Shown: positions 10,022-20,549, counted from the stretch's first letter. The stretch: 64,000 nt of DNA from Candidatus Bathyarchaeia archaeon (GCA_049521795.1 JBEKOM010000005.1:32001-96000); one strand, 5' to 3'. Numbers and translations are program-made. Notes: generated by a model from the letters alone, not told the origin.

Positions 10022-10818
10022 TGACTGATGTAGAGAAAACCCGAGTGCGCAGAACGTCCATCTGGAGTGGCACGGTAACGATAGGGCTAGTCAACGTGCC
10101 CGTTAGGTTGCAGGCCATGATTTTTGACAAGAGCGTTACCTTCAAGTTCCTTCACAAGACCGATAATTCCCCCCTGAAGTACGAGAAAGTCTGCATCAAA
10201 GAAGACAAGGTCGTGCCCTGGCAAGATGTCGTCAAAGGGTACGAGGTCAGAAAGGGCGAATTCGTTGTATTCACCAACGATGAGCTGAAGGCGGCCAGGC
10301 CGGAGTCTGACCAGAGGATTCGCATCGACAAATTCATCGATTACTTTTCAATTGACCCTGTTTACTTTGACAGGTCATACATCCTGACCCCTGACAAGAG
10401 CAACGATGCTTACAGCCTGCTGCTAACGGCTCTGGAAAAGATGGGCAAAGCGGGAGTTGGCAGAATAACGCTGAGGACAAAGGAGTACCCAGTCCTGGTG
10501 CACCCCTACAAGGATGCCCTAGTTTTGACCACTCTGCGCTACGCGTTCGAGGTTGCTGACCCAGCAAAACTAGAAGAGATCGGCAAACTCCAGGAACCCA
10601 AGAAAGAAGAGCTCGACCTCGCAAAGAAAATAGTCACCGATCTGTCAGGAGAGTTTGACATAACCGAGTACAGAGACACGTTCAAAGAGAAGATCGATGA
10701 ACTGGTTCAGAAGAAGACGAAAGGTGAAACCATCACCGTTGAGAAGCCCGTGAAAGAGGAAGCCAAAGAACTGATGGTCGCGCTGCAAGAGACGCTTAAA
10801 CAGCTGAAAAAGAAATGA
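10021..10818 (+). CDS. ku: NHEJ DNA end-binding protein Ku
   Basis: R.IWSGTVTIGLVNVPVRL, VKGYE, IDPVYFDRSYIL, YSLL..AL, YRDTF; ATG overlaps the upstream TAA. Confidence 0.95.
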   Translation: MTDVEKTRVRRTSIWSGTVTIGLVNVPVRLQAMIFDKSVTFKFLHKTDNSPLKYEKVCIKEDKVVPWQDVVKGYEVRKGEFVVFTNDELKAARPESDQRIRIDKFIDYFSIDPVYFDRSYILTPDKSNDAYSLLLTALEKMGKAGVGRITLRTKEYPVLVHPYKDALVLTTLRYAFEVADPAKLEEIGKLQEPKKEELDLAKKIVTDLSGEFDITEYRDTFKEKIDELVQKKTKGETITVEKPVKEEAKELMVALQETLKQLKKK

Positions 10819-12209
10819 ACAGGCACTACAAGCCGATGCTTGCACAGTCCGCAGAAGCCCCGTTTAACTCAAAGGACTGGATCTTCGAAGTAAAATGGGA
10901 CGGAATCAGAGCAATCAGCTACGTCGACGACGATCTGAGCATCAGGAGCCGCAATGATAAGGAATTGAGGTACAACTTTCCCGAGTTGGAAGAGCTCAAA
11001 AACCTTGCAACCAACGCCGTGCTCGACGGCGAAATCATCGTCATGAAAGCAGGCAGCACAGACTTTCAAAAACTCATAGAAAGGAGCAAGGTGAATTCCC
11101 AGCGGGACATCGAGTACATGTCACGCGAATTCCCAGCAACTTACGTTGTTTTCGACATACTAGAAACCCATGGCAAACCTCTCATCAACCTTCCCCTAAT
11201 CGAGAGAAAAAGCATTCTCAAGGAAAACTTGAGGGAAGGAAAACACGTTACCACATCTTTGTTCGTTGAGGAAGAAGGCGAGATTTACTACCAGGAAGCC
11301 CTCAAAAAAGGCGTAGAAGGGATAATGGCAAAGAAAAAGGACAGCCCATACACGCCTGGAATGCGCAGCGACAACTGGCTGAAGATAAAGAAGCTGCTCT
11401 CCTGCGATTGCGTGATTTTCGGGTACACTGCAGGAGAAGGAAACAGAGAAGAAACATTTGGAGCACTTGTCCTGGGACTGTATGAAAGGGACAAACCAGC
11501 GTACGTTGGCAAGGTTGGAACGGGCTTCTCACTGACTAGCATGAAGCATCTGATGGAACTCTTCCGAAGATTGGAGACACAGGAGAAGACGCTTGAAGGA
11601 GTCGATGCTTCTGAAAAGGTCACTTGGCTCAAACCGGAGCTCGTGTGTGAAATTGTCTATCAGACTGTGACGAAGGATAACAGGCTACGCATGCCCAGAT
11701 TTCACGTTCTCAGACCTGACAAGTCTCCGCTCGAATGTACCTTAGACCAGATAAGGCAGAATAGCCTCCCTGAATACACCGCAAAAAGAGACTTCACAGT
11801 CACGCCTGAACCAAAGGTAGGCGCGAAGGCAACGGAAGGACAGGTCTTCGTCGTGCAGGAACATCATGCTAGAAGATTGCATTATGACCTTCGCTTGGAA
11901 AAGGAAGGTGTCCTGAAGAGCTGGGCGGTGCCGAAGGGCATTCCTGAGAAGGCTGGCGACAAGAGGCTCGCTGTTCACACGGAGGATCACCCGTTGGAAT
12001 ACGCCAACTTTGAGGGAACGATACCTGCGGGGCAGTACGGAGCTGGAACAGTGAAGATTTGGGACAGAGGGACTTTCGATGTGAAACTCTGGAAAGAGGA
12101 CATGGTCGAGTTCACTCTGAAGGGAGACAGGCTTCGCGGAAAATACGTTCTGACAAAGTTCAAGAAAGCAGGGGACAATGATTGGCTTCTGCTGAGGATG
12201 AAAGACTGA
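10815..12209 (+). CDS. ligD: ATP-dependent NHEJ DNA ligase fused to a C-terminal LigD 3'-phosphoesterase (PE) domain
   Basis: FEVKWDGIRA (motif I), LDGEII, VFDIL, EGIMAKK, WLKIK; then EY.AKRDF..TPEP, VVQEHHARRLHYDLRLE, SWAVPKG, TEDHPLEY, GQYGAG. Confidence 0.95.
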   Translation: MNRHYKPMLAQSAEAPFNSKDWIFEVKWDGIRAISYVDDDLSIRSRNDKELRYNFPELEELKNLATNAVLDGEIIVMKAGSTDFQKLIERSKVNSQRDIEYMSREFPATYVVFDILETHGKPLINLPLIERKSILKENLREGKHVTTSLFVEEEGEIYYQEALKKGVEGIMAKKKDSPYTPGMRSDNWLKIKKLLSCDCVIFGYTAGEGNREETFGALVLGLYERDKPAYVGKVGTGFSLTSMKHLMELFRRLETQEKTLEGVDASEKVTWLKPELVCEIVYQTVTKDNRLRMPRFHVLRPDKSPLECTLDQIRQNSLPEYTAKRDFTVTPEPKVGAKATEGQVFVVQEHHARRLHYDLRLEKEGVLKSWAVPKGIPEKAGDKRLAVHTEDHPLEYANFEGTIPAGQYGAGTVKIWDRGTFDVKLWKEDMVEFTLKGDRLRGKYVLTKFKKAGDNDWLLLRMKD

Positions 12210-12210
12210 C

Positions 12211-12957
12211 ATGAAAAACGTTCACGTTGGAACTATGGGCTGGAGCTACGGCTTCTGGGTTGGAAACTTCTATCCTAGAGGCCTTAGGCCGAGCGAGTTT
12301 TTGGCCCAGTACTCGAAGCATTTTGGAACGGTGGAAGTGAACAACACGTTCTACAGAGTTCCCAGCGAAAGCACTCTCTTGAAATGGAGGGAACAGACGC
12401 CCGAAGGTTTTCTGTTCTCCGCGAAGTTCCCCCAAGTCATAACGCACAGGAAAATGCTGAAAAACTGCGAGTCTGAAACGCAGTTTTTCATCGAAAGAAT
12501 CTCCGTTCTACAAGAAAAGGTTGGGGCCCTTCTTTTACAGTTTCCACCCGCGTTTGGACCGAAAGAAGCCACTCTTCTGGGAGATTTTCTAACCATGCTG
12601 CCGAAGAAGTACAGGTACGCCGTGGAAGTAAGAAACAAGAAATTGCTTGGCGACAAGCTCTTCTCTCTTCTGAAAGAGAACGGAGTCGCCCTCGCCATAA
12701 ATCCTCTCATGCCCGAGACAGAGCAGATCACAACTGACTTTGCCTACATAAGATGGGAAGGAGACAGGAGAAAAGTGAACGGCGCACTTGGAAAGCTAGA
12801 GGTCGATAGGACAGACGACATCAAAAAGTGGGCAACGAGGATCAGCAAATTCCTCGGCGAAACAAAAGAAGTATTTGGATATTTCAGTAAATACTATTCG
12901 GGTCATCCTCCTACAGACGCAAGACAATTCGTCGAATTGCTCGGCCTAGTCAGCTGA
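12211..12957 (+). CDS. DUF72 (YecE) family protein
   Basis: VGTMGWSY..W...FYP, VEVNNTFYR.P, FSAKFPQ.ITH, LLQFPP, AVEVR. Confidence 0.92.
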   Translation: MKNVHVGTMGWSYGFWVGNFYPRGLRPSEFLAQYSKHFGTVEVNNTFYRVPSESTLLKWREQTPEGFLFSAKFPQVITHRKMLKNCESETQFFIERISVLQEKVGALLLQFPPAFGPKEATLLGDFLTMLPKKYRYAVEVRNKKLLGDKLFSLLKENGVALAINPLMPETEQITTDFAYIRWEGDRRKVNGALGKLEVDRTDDIKKWATRISKFLGETKEVFGYFSKYYSGHPPTDARQFVELLGLVS

Positions 12958-13030
12958 AAATGAAGGGATTCGCGTATCCAAAGTGCTTTATAATGCAGCA
13001 GAACCATTCTAGCCCCAAGGAGGTTGATGC

Positions 13031-13393
13031 ATGCCAAGAGTTATCCACTTTGAAATTAATGCAGACGACCCAAAGAGAGCCGTAGAGTTCTACGAAAAGG
13101 TGTTCGGCTGGAAGATTAACAAATGGGAAGGACCCGCCGAGTATTGGCTTGTCAGCACTGGCGATGAGAAAGAGCCCGGCATCGGCGGAGCAATCATGGA
13201 ACGGATGGACAAAGCAACGACGGTCAACACGATAGACGTACCGTCAGTCGACGAGTACGTTAAGAAGGTCGTGAAGGCTGGTGGAAAACAGGTGAGCAAG
13301 AAGAACACGATTCCGGGCATCGGCTATTTTGCATACTGCGCGGACACCGAGGGAAACGTCTTCGGAGTTATGGAACCAAACCCCAGAGCATAG
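13031..13393 (+). CDS. VOC/glyoxalase family protein
   Basis: VIHFEI.ADD..RA..FYEKVFGW...DTEGNVFG. Confidence 0.9.
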   Translation: MPRVIHFEINADDPKRAVEFYEKVFGWKINKWEGPAEYWLVSTGDEKEPGIGGAIMERMDKATTVNTIDVPSVDEYVKKVVKAGGKQVSKKNTIPGIGYFAYCADTEGNVFGVMEPNPRA

Positions 13394-13574
13394 ACTCAAT
13401 TTTAGTTTTAGGGATGCAGTTTACCCCAAATCCAATGGACGACCAAAGTAACGGTGGGTTGCCAGACCGTTTACTCTTCATCAACTCGCGCGTGCTGTCC
13501 AATCACCTAACGTCGTCAGCTTTAAATCTGTCAGGACTTGACTGCTACGTGAGTTCTGATATGCCGAGAAGGTC

Positions 13575-14342
13575 GTGACATTTGTTATGCCAAAGAGAGA
13601 CCATGTTATGAAACAGTGGGACGACGCAGCCGAATCATGGGTTGACTTTGTAAGGAAAGGTAAGGACTATTACAGAGACGAACTTAACAACCCTGCAGCT
13701 TTCAGATTAATAGGAAACGTGAAAGGTCAAATGGTGCTGGACCTAGCCAGCGGCGAGGGATACAACGCTCGAATACTAGCTAGAAAAGGCGCCAAAGTGA
13801 CTGGAGCAGATTTTTCGGCAAAATTAGTCGAGCTTGCCAGAATCGAGGAAGCAAGAGAGAAGCTGGGCATAGACTATCATATTGCGGATGCTACTGACCT
13901 CTCAAGGTTTCCGAGCCATTATTTTGATCTCGTGACTTGTTTTATGGCTTTACAGGACATCAAGAACTACAAGAGAGCAGTGTTTGAAGTGGCAAGGGTC
14001 CTGAAAAACAGAGGCCGGCTCGTGTTTTCAATTCCTCACCCGTGTTTTGAAATGGTAGTTGACAAGAAAGGAAATAGAATAAGCGCAACAACGAGATATT
14101 TTGAAGCTGCTGAGGACCATATTCAATGGAAAATGGACAGGCTCCTGAAGCCATTCGAGACTACAAGCTTCCACAGAACATTAACTGATTATTTCAACGT
14201 GCTTAGTAAGAATAGACTTCTTGTAAAGAGTCTTGTGGAGCCACAACCCACAAAAGAAGCGATTTCAAAATATCCAACCCTCAAAGAAGTTCTTCTCAGA
14301 CCACAATCAGTGATAATGGAATCAGTTAAGATGCCAATCTGA
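13575..14342 (+). CDS. Class I SAM-dependent methyltransferase
   Basis: VLDLASGEG, FDLVTCFMAL, FSIPHPCF, FHRTL. Confidence 0.9.
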   Translation: MTFVMPKRDHVMKQWDDAAESWVDFVRKGKDYYRDELNNPAAFRLIGNVKGQMVLDLASGEGYNARILARKGAKVTGADFSAKLVELARIEEAREKLGIDYHIADATDLSRFPSHYFDLVTCFMALQDIKNYKRAVFEVARVLKNRGRLVFSIPHPCFEMVVDKKGNRISATTRYFEAAEDHIQWKMDRLLKPFETTSFHRTLTDYFNVLSKNRLLVKSLVEPQPTKEAISKYPTLKEVLLRPQSVIMESVKMPI

Positions 14343-14555
14343 GCAAACATCGTTTCTAGGTTTGGGGACAAGATTTTGCCCTCAAATTCTGTTCTGGGAA
14401 ATTCATGTAGACTTTGAGCTACAAGTCTTCGCGACCAGGTCGGTACTTCACTGATTTCACTTTTTCTGGGCGCAGCAGTGCTGGGACTCATTTTAACACA
14501 GAACTCCAGGATCTACTGCAGAATGATTGACGTGCATTTGCAGGCAATGGATTGA

Positions 14556-14990
14556 TTAGAACTGCTTTGGTTTTTGTCTTGTGTAGACTTCTATCACGTA
14601 GTTATCTGGGTCGCAGAATGACACAGCATTGTATCCTGGCTCGAATTCAGGGTGCTCTTCGCATGGGAACAGGGCTTTAAACCCTTTCTTCTTCATTTCT
14701 CTCTCGATATCAAAAACGGCTTTCTTGTCGGGAAGGAGGATCGCTAGGTGATCAGTTACAACGAACTCTTCCCCAGTCGGAGCTTTGCGCCTAACCCTTG
14801 GTTCCCGTAAGGCACTCACCCAAACTGAGAAATTCTGGTTAGAGAATCCTATCCCTTCTTCAGTGTCCATCATGACGCTGAAGCCTAGCCCTGCCAGCAA
14901 AGCCTCGTAAAACCTCTTGGAACTGCTCAGGTTCGAGACTTCGATTCCAACATGACCAACAACTGCTCGAGTTTGCTTGTCTGAAACCAT
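14556..14990 (-). CDS. VOC/glyoxalase family protein
   Basis: GHVGIEVSNL..SKRFY, DHLAI, FCDPDNYVIEV. Confidence 0.88.
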   Translation of the reverse strand: MVSDKQTRAVVGHVGIEVSNLSSSKRFYEALLAGLGFSVMMDTEEGIGFSNQNFSVWVSALREPRVRRKAPTGEEFVVTDHLAILLPDKKAVFDIEREMKKKGFKALFPCEEHPEFEPGYNAVSFCDPDNYVIEVYTRQKPKQF

Positions 14991-15657
14991 AGTGTCACCC
15001 TATTACACCGATTGATGCGGCTTCTTCACCTCATATAACTTTTATGTCGATGAAGGTTCTATCTGATGATCGCGTCAAGCGTGCGACTTGCGCAGCAATG
15101 AATTCAAGATCTTGGTCGATCTCCAAGATCTAGATACATGCCAAAGAATTTTTCGCTTCCTTGCAGTACGAGCTTTCTGAGTTTTTCTGTGCACTGCTCT
15201 TTCCTTGACTTGTCTTTCCAAGAGCGTTCAGGTTAGTTCCAAAAAGGGAGATTTTTTTGAAAAATGGCAAATAATGAGTCGGGAGAAATGAAGTGTCCTT
15301 AGCAAATCCCCATTTTCCTAATTCATGGGGTCTGATGGGTAAAAAGTCTTAAAACCTTCACCGTCCACTATTGGAATGGCAAATGCTGCGTAGTGGAGAT
15401 TTGTGTATGCCTTCATTGAAGAAGAAGAATGTTGGGAAGAAGAAAAAACACGAGGACAAGATTGGCAAATAGTGGATTTCACGTTTGCCTTTTGTGCTGG
15501 TCTTCGTCGTTCATATGCCATGTCGTTGACGAGGGTTACCTATTCAGAAATATAGTCGTTCGCGCGTCAGCTGCAAATCGCTGTCTACGAGAGTCTCCTT
15601 TTCAGATTTTGCCGCTGGAGATATATTAAAGACACGACAACCATTTGACTAATCCGC

Positions 15658-16038
15658 ATGAATTGCTATGGGGCTGAGTGCACGGAGACCTTAACGATGA
15701 TTATTAGCAGTTCTCCTTACGGAGATGAAAGAATCTGGAATGCCCTGAGGCTGGCGGAAGCGCTGTGTTGCATCGGAGCAAAGATGAAGATCAACATTTT
15801 CCTGATAGGCGACGCCGTAAACGCTGCTAAGAAGGGACAAAAACCTCCTAAAGGCTTCTACAACATCGAGAAAATGCTTGCGGACCTTGTCAAGGCAGGC
15901 GTGAATACCCGCGTTTGCCACACAAGCATGAACTTGAGAGGGCTTACGGAACAAGACTTGGTCAAAGGAACAAAAATGGGTACAATCACAGAACTGTCTA
16001 AGTGGATACATCAATCACAAAAGGTCATATCCTTCTAG
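15658..16038 (+). CDS. DsrE/DsrF-like (YchN) sulfur-relay family protein
   Basis: PYGDERIWNALRLA, IFLIGDAV.AAKKGQ.PP.G.YN, C.T....RGL; start uncertain. Confidence 0.85.
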   Translation: MNCYGAECTETLTMIISSSPYGDERIWNALRLAEALCCIGAKMKINIFLIGDAVNAAKKGQKPPKGFYNIEKMLADLVKAGVNTRVCHTSMNLRGLTEQDLVKGTKMGTITELSKWIHQSQKVISF

Positions 16039-16327
16039 AGCAATAGTGTGCGCCCGTGGTTTTGGAGCCCAGTTCTACCCGAGACAAGTATAGATACCGA
16101 GCAAAAGACGAAATCTAGTTTCGCCTTCCTGGAGTTACTCAAAAGAGGAAGTCAGATAGCCTGGGAAAAATGATCTCTTGCCCTCCGTCCGACTACGGCG
16201 ACGTGAAGTCCGCCCAAGAAAGGACCAAAATCAGAATGCTAGGGACGAAATGTCAGCGAGACATTTACTCAGGTTATGAGAAATCTTATAAGAAAGTAAC
16301 AAAGAAGTTGAAGGAACAGGGAAACAA

Positions 16328-16798
16328 ATGAAACTGAACTATATTGGCATCGTTGGTGCAATAATAGCTTTTGTCAGCATCGCACTTCCATGGTGGACAG
16401 AGTCTGCAGGAGGGTTGAGCTACGACCTGAAGTTATATGACGCAGGAATTCTAGGTGCAACATTGAACTACTGGTACGGCTGGGTGGCCCTCCTGTTTGT
16501 CGTATTAGGCGGAGTACTAGGATTAGCGGGCAGCGTAATGTCAAACGGAAAAAGGATAGTAATGGGAGGCGGCATACTCGCATTGATTGCGATAATAATC
16601 TTTCCAGTAGGCTTTCAAATGGACCTCATGCGTTTGAACGCTACAATCAGCATATTCAATAGCGGCACTGTCTCAGCGTATCTATCCTATGGCTTCTGGT
16701 TGGCGCTCGTTGCAGCAATCATCATGCTCGTAGCCATGCGCTATCCGAAACCCACTGCTCAGGCACCATCCGCGCCACCGCCAACCCCGACAACGTAG
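16328..16798 (+). CDS. Hypothetical 4-TM membrane protein with Pro-rich tail
   Basis: Hydrophobic segments, LPWW motif, APPPTPTT tail. Confidence 0.8.
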   Translation: MKLNYIGIVGAIIAFVSIALPWWTESAGGLSYDLKLYDAGILGATLNYWYGWVALLFVVLGGVLGLAGSVMSNGKRIVMGGGILALIAIIIFPVGFQMDLMRLNATISIFNSGTVSAYLSYGFWLALVAAIIMLVAMRYPKPTAQAPSAPPPTPTT

Positions 16799-17592
16799 AA
16801 ATCCGCAGACATCAACTGACTCGTCACATTTAGTCAACCCCACTTTTTTCATGCACTCAGACGCAGAGGACAAGCTGAACGTGGGGTTTGTTTTGCGGAA
16901 AGTTATTTCTCAAACCTAATCTCGCGATATTTGCTCAACCAGACGAGCCCACAAGAACACAGCTGAACTTCTAACACTTGAGCAAGCCTGCTAATTCATA
17001 ACGCGGACCAACATCAACTTCGCTCACTATTTCTCTTGCCCGCGAAAATTCAAAGATCCTTGGCTTCCAAGGCGATTGTCTCACATTCCGCAGAACCCAC
17101 GCCAACAGTGCAACTCCTTCACAAATCAGCGCTCCGATCTCTCCAATTTTTCTGCCAGTTCTTCACAATTCAACCTTCCTTGAAACGCACTCGTTCAGAC
17201 CTCAGATCAATCAGCATGAGAAAGAAGGGATCAGAGTGAAGCGGCATCAAAAAGTAACTACCCTTGCCCAGGCCTCTGCTGAGTGCTCTGCATGCACTCG
17301 GCTTCAAGCCCGTACAAATCCGCTCGGGCCTTCCGCAAGGTCTACGCGCAGTACTAACATCCTAGGGGGAGGGGGTGAAATAGACAAGGTCAAGACGCGA
17401 ATACAGGGATGTAGCGCATGTTCCCGTTCTCGCCATCGTGAGTTGTGAATTAGCGTTGTTCAAGGAAAGAGAAACAGAAAAGGATTAATGCACGGTTGAA
17501 GAGGTATTATGCGGTGTCTGAAATGAGGAATAGCGTTCTCTGTTCGTAAGAACAAAACCTTTAATACTAAACATCCCAACTCAGACAGTTTC

Positions 17593-20511
17593 ATGGAATT
17601 TTCGAGAAAAATCGAAGAGAAATGGCAGAAGAAATGGGAGAAGGCCAAGATTTTCGAGGCAGACCCAGACCCATCGAAGCCAAAGTACTACGTAACCGTG
17701 GCTTATCCTTACCCCAACAGTCCGCAGCACATCGGCCACGGAAGAACGTACACGCTCGCAGACGTGCACGCGCGGTACAAGCGCATGCGCGGCTACAACG
17801 TCCTTTTGCCCATGGCTTTTCATTACACGGGCACGCCTGTCCTGGCCATGGCTAAGCGGCTTGCAGACAACGACAAGGGTCTCATCAGCGACTTTGTCAA
17901 CGTCTACAAGATCCCCAAGGAAAGGCTGAAAGACCTATCTGACCCGATGGCGATGGCCCGCTACTTCCACCAAGAAATCAAGAGCGGAATGAAAGAGATA
18001 GGCTACTCAATCGACTGGAGACGCGAGTTCACAACCATAGACCCGCACTACAACCGCTTCATCGAGTGGCAGTTCCAAAAACTTCGCCAGGGCGGCTTCA
18101 TAAGCCGCGGGAGCCACCCCGTTGGCTGGTGTCCCAGAGATGGAAACCCAGTGGGCCAGCACGACACGGTCGGCGACGTGGAACCAGAAATAGGCGAATT
18201 CACACTGATAAAGTTCAGACAAGACAACCTGGTCTATCCGGCAGCCACATTGCGTCCCGAAACAGTCTTCGGCGTCACAAACATCTGGCTCAACCCCAGA
18301 AGCACGTACGTGAGAGCCAACGTTGACGGCGAACAGTGGATAATCAGCCAAGAAAGCGTTGAAAAACTCGTTCACCTCAGCCGAAAAGTCAAGGTCATAG
18401 CAACCGTCGAAGGAAAAGAGCTCATAGGAAAGCACGTTGAAAACCCGGCTACGAACACCAGAATCTTGATACTGCCGGCCGACTTCGTCGACCCAAAGAA
18501 CGCCACCGGCGTGGTCATGTCGGTCCCAGCGCACGCGCCATACGACTACGTCGCCCTAGAAAACATCAGAAAGACACCAGACAAGGTCAAAGACTACGGA
18601 ATACCACCCCAAACCATAGACTCAGTAAGACCCATCGGAATGATCGAGGTTCCAGGCTACTCAGAGATACCTGCTGCAGACGCAGTCAGGAAGATGAAGA
18701 TCCAAGAACAGACCGATCCGAAGCTCGAGGACGCAACGAAGGAAGTCTACAGGCACGAGTTTCACAACGGCAGACTGAGACGAAACACCGGCAAATACTG
18801 TGGCACGTCGGTGGCCGAAGCTAAGGACATGGTGAAAAAAGACCTGATCCAAGATGGCAAAGCCACAACCATGTACGAACTGCTGAACAGACCAGTCTTC
18901 TGCCGCTGCAAGACAGAGTGCATAGTCAAAATCTTCGAAGACCAATGGTTCATCGACTACGGAAAACCAGACTGGAAAGCACTGGCGCACATGAACCTCG
19001 ATAAGATGGAGATACTGCCAGAAGAACTGCGTCAAGAGTTCAGCAACGTAATTGACTGGCTGCACGAGAAAGCCTGTGCAAGAAAATCAGGCATGGGCAC
19101 GCGGCTCCCATGGGACAAGGAATGGATAATAGAATCACTATCCGACTCCACCATCTACATGGCATACTACACGATTGTTAAACACATCAAAGCAAACAGG
19201 ATCCAGCCCGACCAACTGACAGTCGAAGTCTTCGACCACATCTTCCTCGGAAAAGGCGAAGCCAAGAAAATAGCCAAAAAAGTCAACCTAGACGCCAAAG
19301 TCTTAGAGCAGATGCGCAGCGAGTTCAAGTACTTCTACCCATTAGACAGCCGCCACTCAGGACGAGACCTAGTTCCTAACCACCTGACCTTCATGATATT
19401 CAACCACACTGCCATATTCCCCGAAGACCTGTGGCCACGCCAGATAGCAACCAACGGCAGCGTGATGATGGAAGGCGCAAAGATGAGCAAATCCTTCGGA
19501 AACATAATCCCACTCAGGGAAGGCCTAAAGAAGTTCGGCGCAGACCCCGTAAGGCTCAGCGTCATGTCAACCGCAGAACTGCTGCAAGACGCCGACTTCA
19601 GCCCCACAATCGCCACATCGATGCGCGACAGGCTGGGACGCCTCTACAAGTTCGTGTCAGAACTCATGAAGACTTCGGGAAAAAGAAAGACCTCAAGCCA
19701 GCCGCTCACAGCCATAGACAAGTGGATGCTGAGCCGACTGCAAGAACACATCAAGAAAGCGACCGAAGCCATGGACAAACTCGCCGTGCGCAAGGCAATA
19801 CACGACGTCATGTACGGGTTGGACCAAGATTTCCAGTGGTACCAAAGACGCACGGCACAACACAACGGAAAGAGAAAACTCGCAATCGCGTTCGTGCACC
19901 GTCAGGTCACAGACGCTCAGGTCAGAATGCTAGCTCCAGTCGCTCCACACGCGTGCGAAGAGCTGTGGGAGATGATGGGCGGCGAAGGCTTCGTTTCACT
20001 CAGTTCATGGCCAATTCCAGACGAGTCAAAAGTGGATATTCGAGCCGAGGAAAATGAGGCTCTAATCACAAGCGTAGTGGAAGACACGCTGAACATCACA
20101 AAAGCAACAGGGGCAACACCGAAGAAAATATTCTACTATGTGGCTGCCCGCTGGAAGTGGCAAACTTGGCTAAAAGCCTTAGAAAAATCCATGTCAGCAA
20201 AGATCGCACAGAAAGACCTCATGAAAGAGCTGATGGCAAACGCTGAAATGAGAGCTAAGGCTGAAAAAGTGTCCAAGTTCACTGCGCAAATCACAGATGA
20301 CTTGAACAGGATGGCAGAGGAGAGAAAGAAGAGACTAGCGCAGATCAACCTAGTGGACGAAGCTCAAGCCTTGAGAGAAGCCAAAGACTTCTTCGAGAAA
20401 GAACTGAACGCTGAAGTAAACATCTATGACGAAGAGGACGCAGAACGCTACGACCCGAGGTCGAGGGCACAGGTCGCCAAGCCAGGTCGCCCAGCAATCT
20501 TCATAGAATAA
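17593..20511 (+). CDS. leuS: Leucine--tRNA ligase (archaeal type)
   Basis: YPYPNSPQHIGH, TLRPET, GVVMSVPAHAPYD, KMSKSFGN, KPGRPAIFIE. Confidence 0.98.
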   Translation: MEFSRKIEEKWQKKWEKAKIFEADPDPSKPKYYVTVAYPYPNSPQHIGHGRTYTLADVHARYKRMRGYNVLLPMAFHYTGTPVLAMAKRLADNDKGLISDFVNVYKIPKERLKDLSDPMAMARYFHQEIKSGMKEIGYSIDWRREFTTIDPHYNRFIEWQFQKLRQGGFISRGSHPVGWCPRDGNPVGQHDTVGDVEPEIGEFTLIKFRQDNLVYPAATLRPETVFGVTNIWLNPRSTYVRANVDGEQWIISQESVEKLVHLSRKVKVIATVEGKELIGKHVENPATNTRILILPADFVDPKNATGVVMSVPAHAPYDYVALENIRKTPDKVKDYGIPPQTIDSVRPIGMIEVPGYSEIPAADAVRKMKIQEQTDPKLEDATKEVYRHEFHNGRLRRNTGKYCGTSVAEAKDMVKKDLIQDGKATTMYELLNRPVFCRCKTECIVKIFEDQWFIDYGKPDWKALAHMNLDKMEILPEELRQEFSNVIDWLHEKACARKSGMGTRLPWDKEWIIESLSDSTIYMAYYTIVKHIKANRIQPDQLTVEVFDHIFLGKGEAKKIAKKVNLDAKVLEQMRSEFKYFYPLDSRHSGRDLVPNHLTFMIFNHTAIFPEDLWPRQIATNGSVMMEGAKMSKSFGNIIPLREGLKKFGADPVRLSVMSTAELLQDADFSPTIATSMRDRLGRLYKFVSELMKTSGKRKTSSQPLTAIDKWMLSRLQEHIKKATEAMDKLAVRKAIHDVMYGLDQDFQWYQRRTAQHNGKRKLAIAFVHRQVTDAQVRMLAPVAPHACEELWEMMGGEGFVSLSSWPIPDESKVDIRAEENEALITSVVEDTLNITKATGATPKKIFYYVAARWKWQTWLKALEKSMSAKIAQKDLMKELMANAEMRAKAEKVSKFTAQITDDLNRMAEERKKRLAQINLVDEAQALREAKDFFEKELNAEVNIYDEEDAERYDPRSRAQVAKPGRPAIFIE

Positions 20512-20549
20512 AATATATCAACCAAGCCCGTCTTTTTAGTTTCGAAAAT

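Noticed and set aside
14400-14555. Hydrophobic fragment LISLFLGAAVLGLILT...VH resembling a CAAX-protease remnant
   Set aside because: Too short and degenerate to support without a search.
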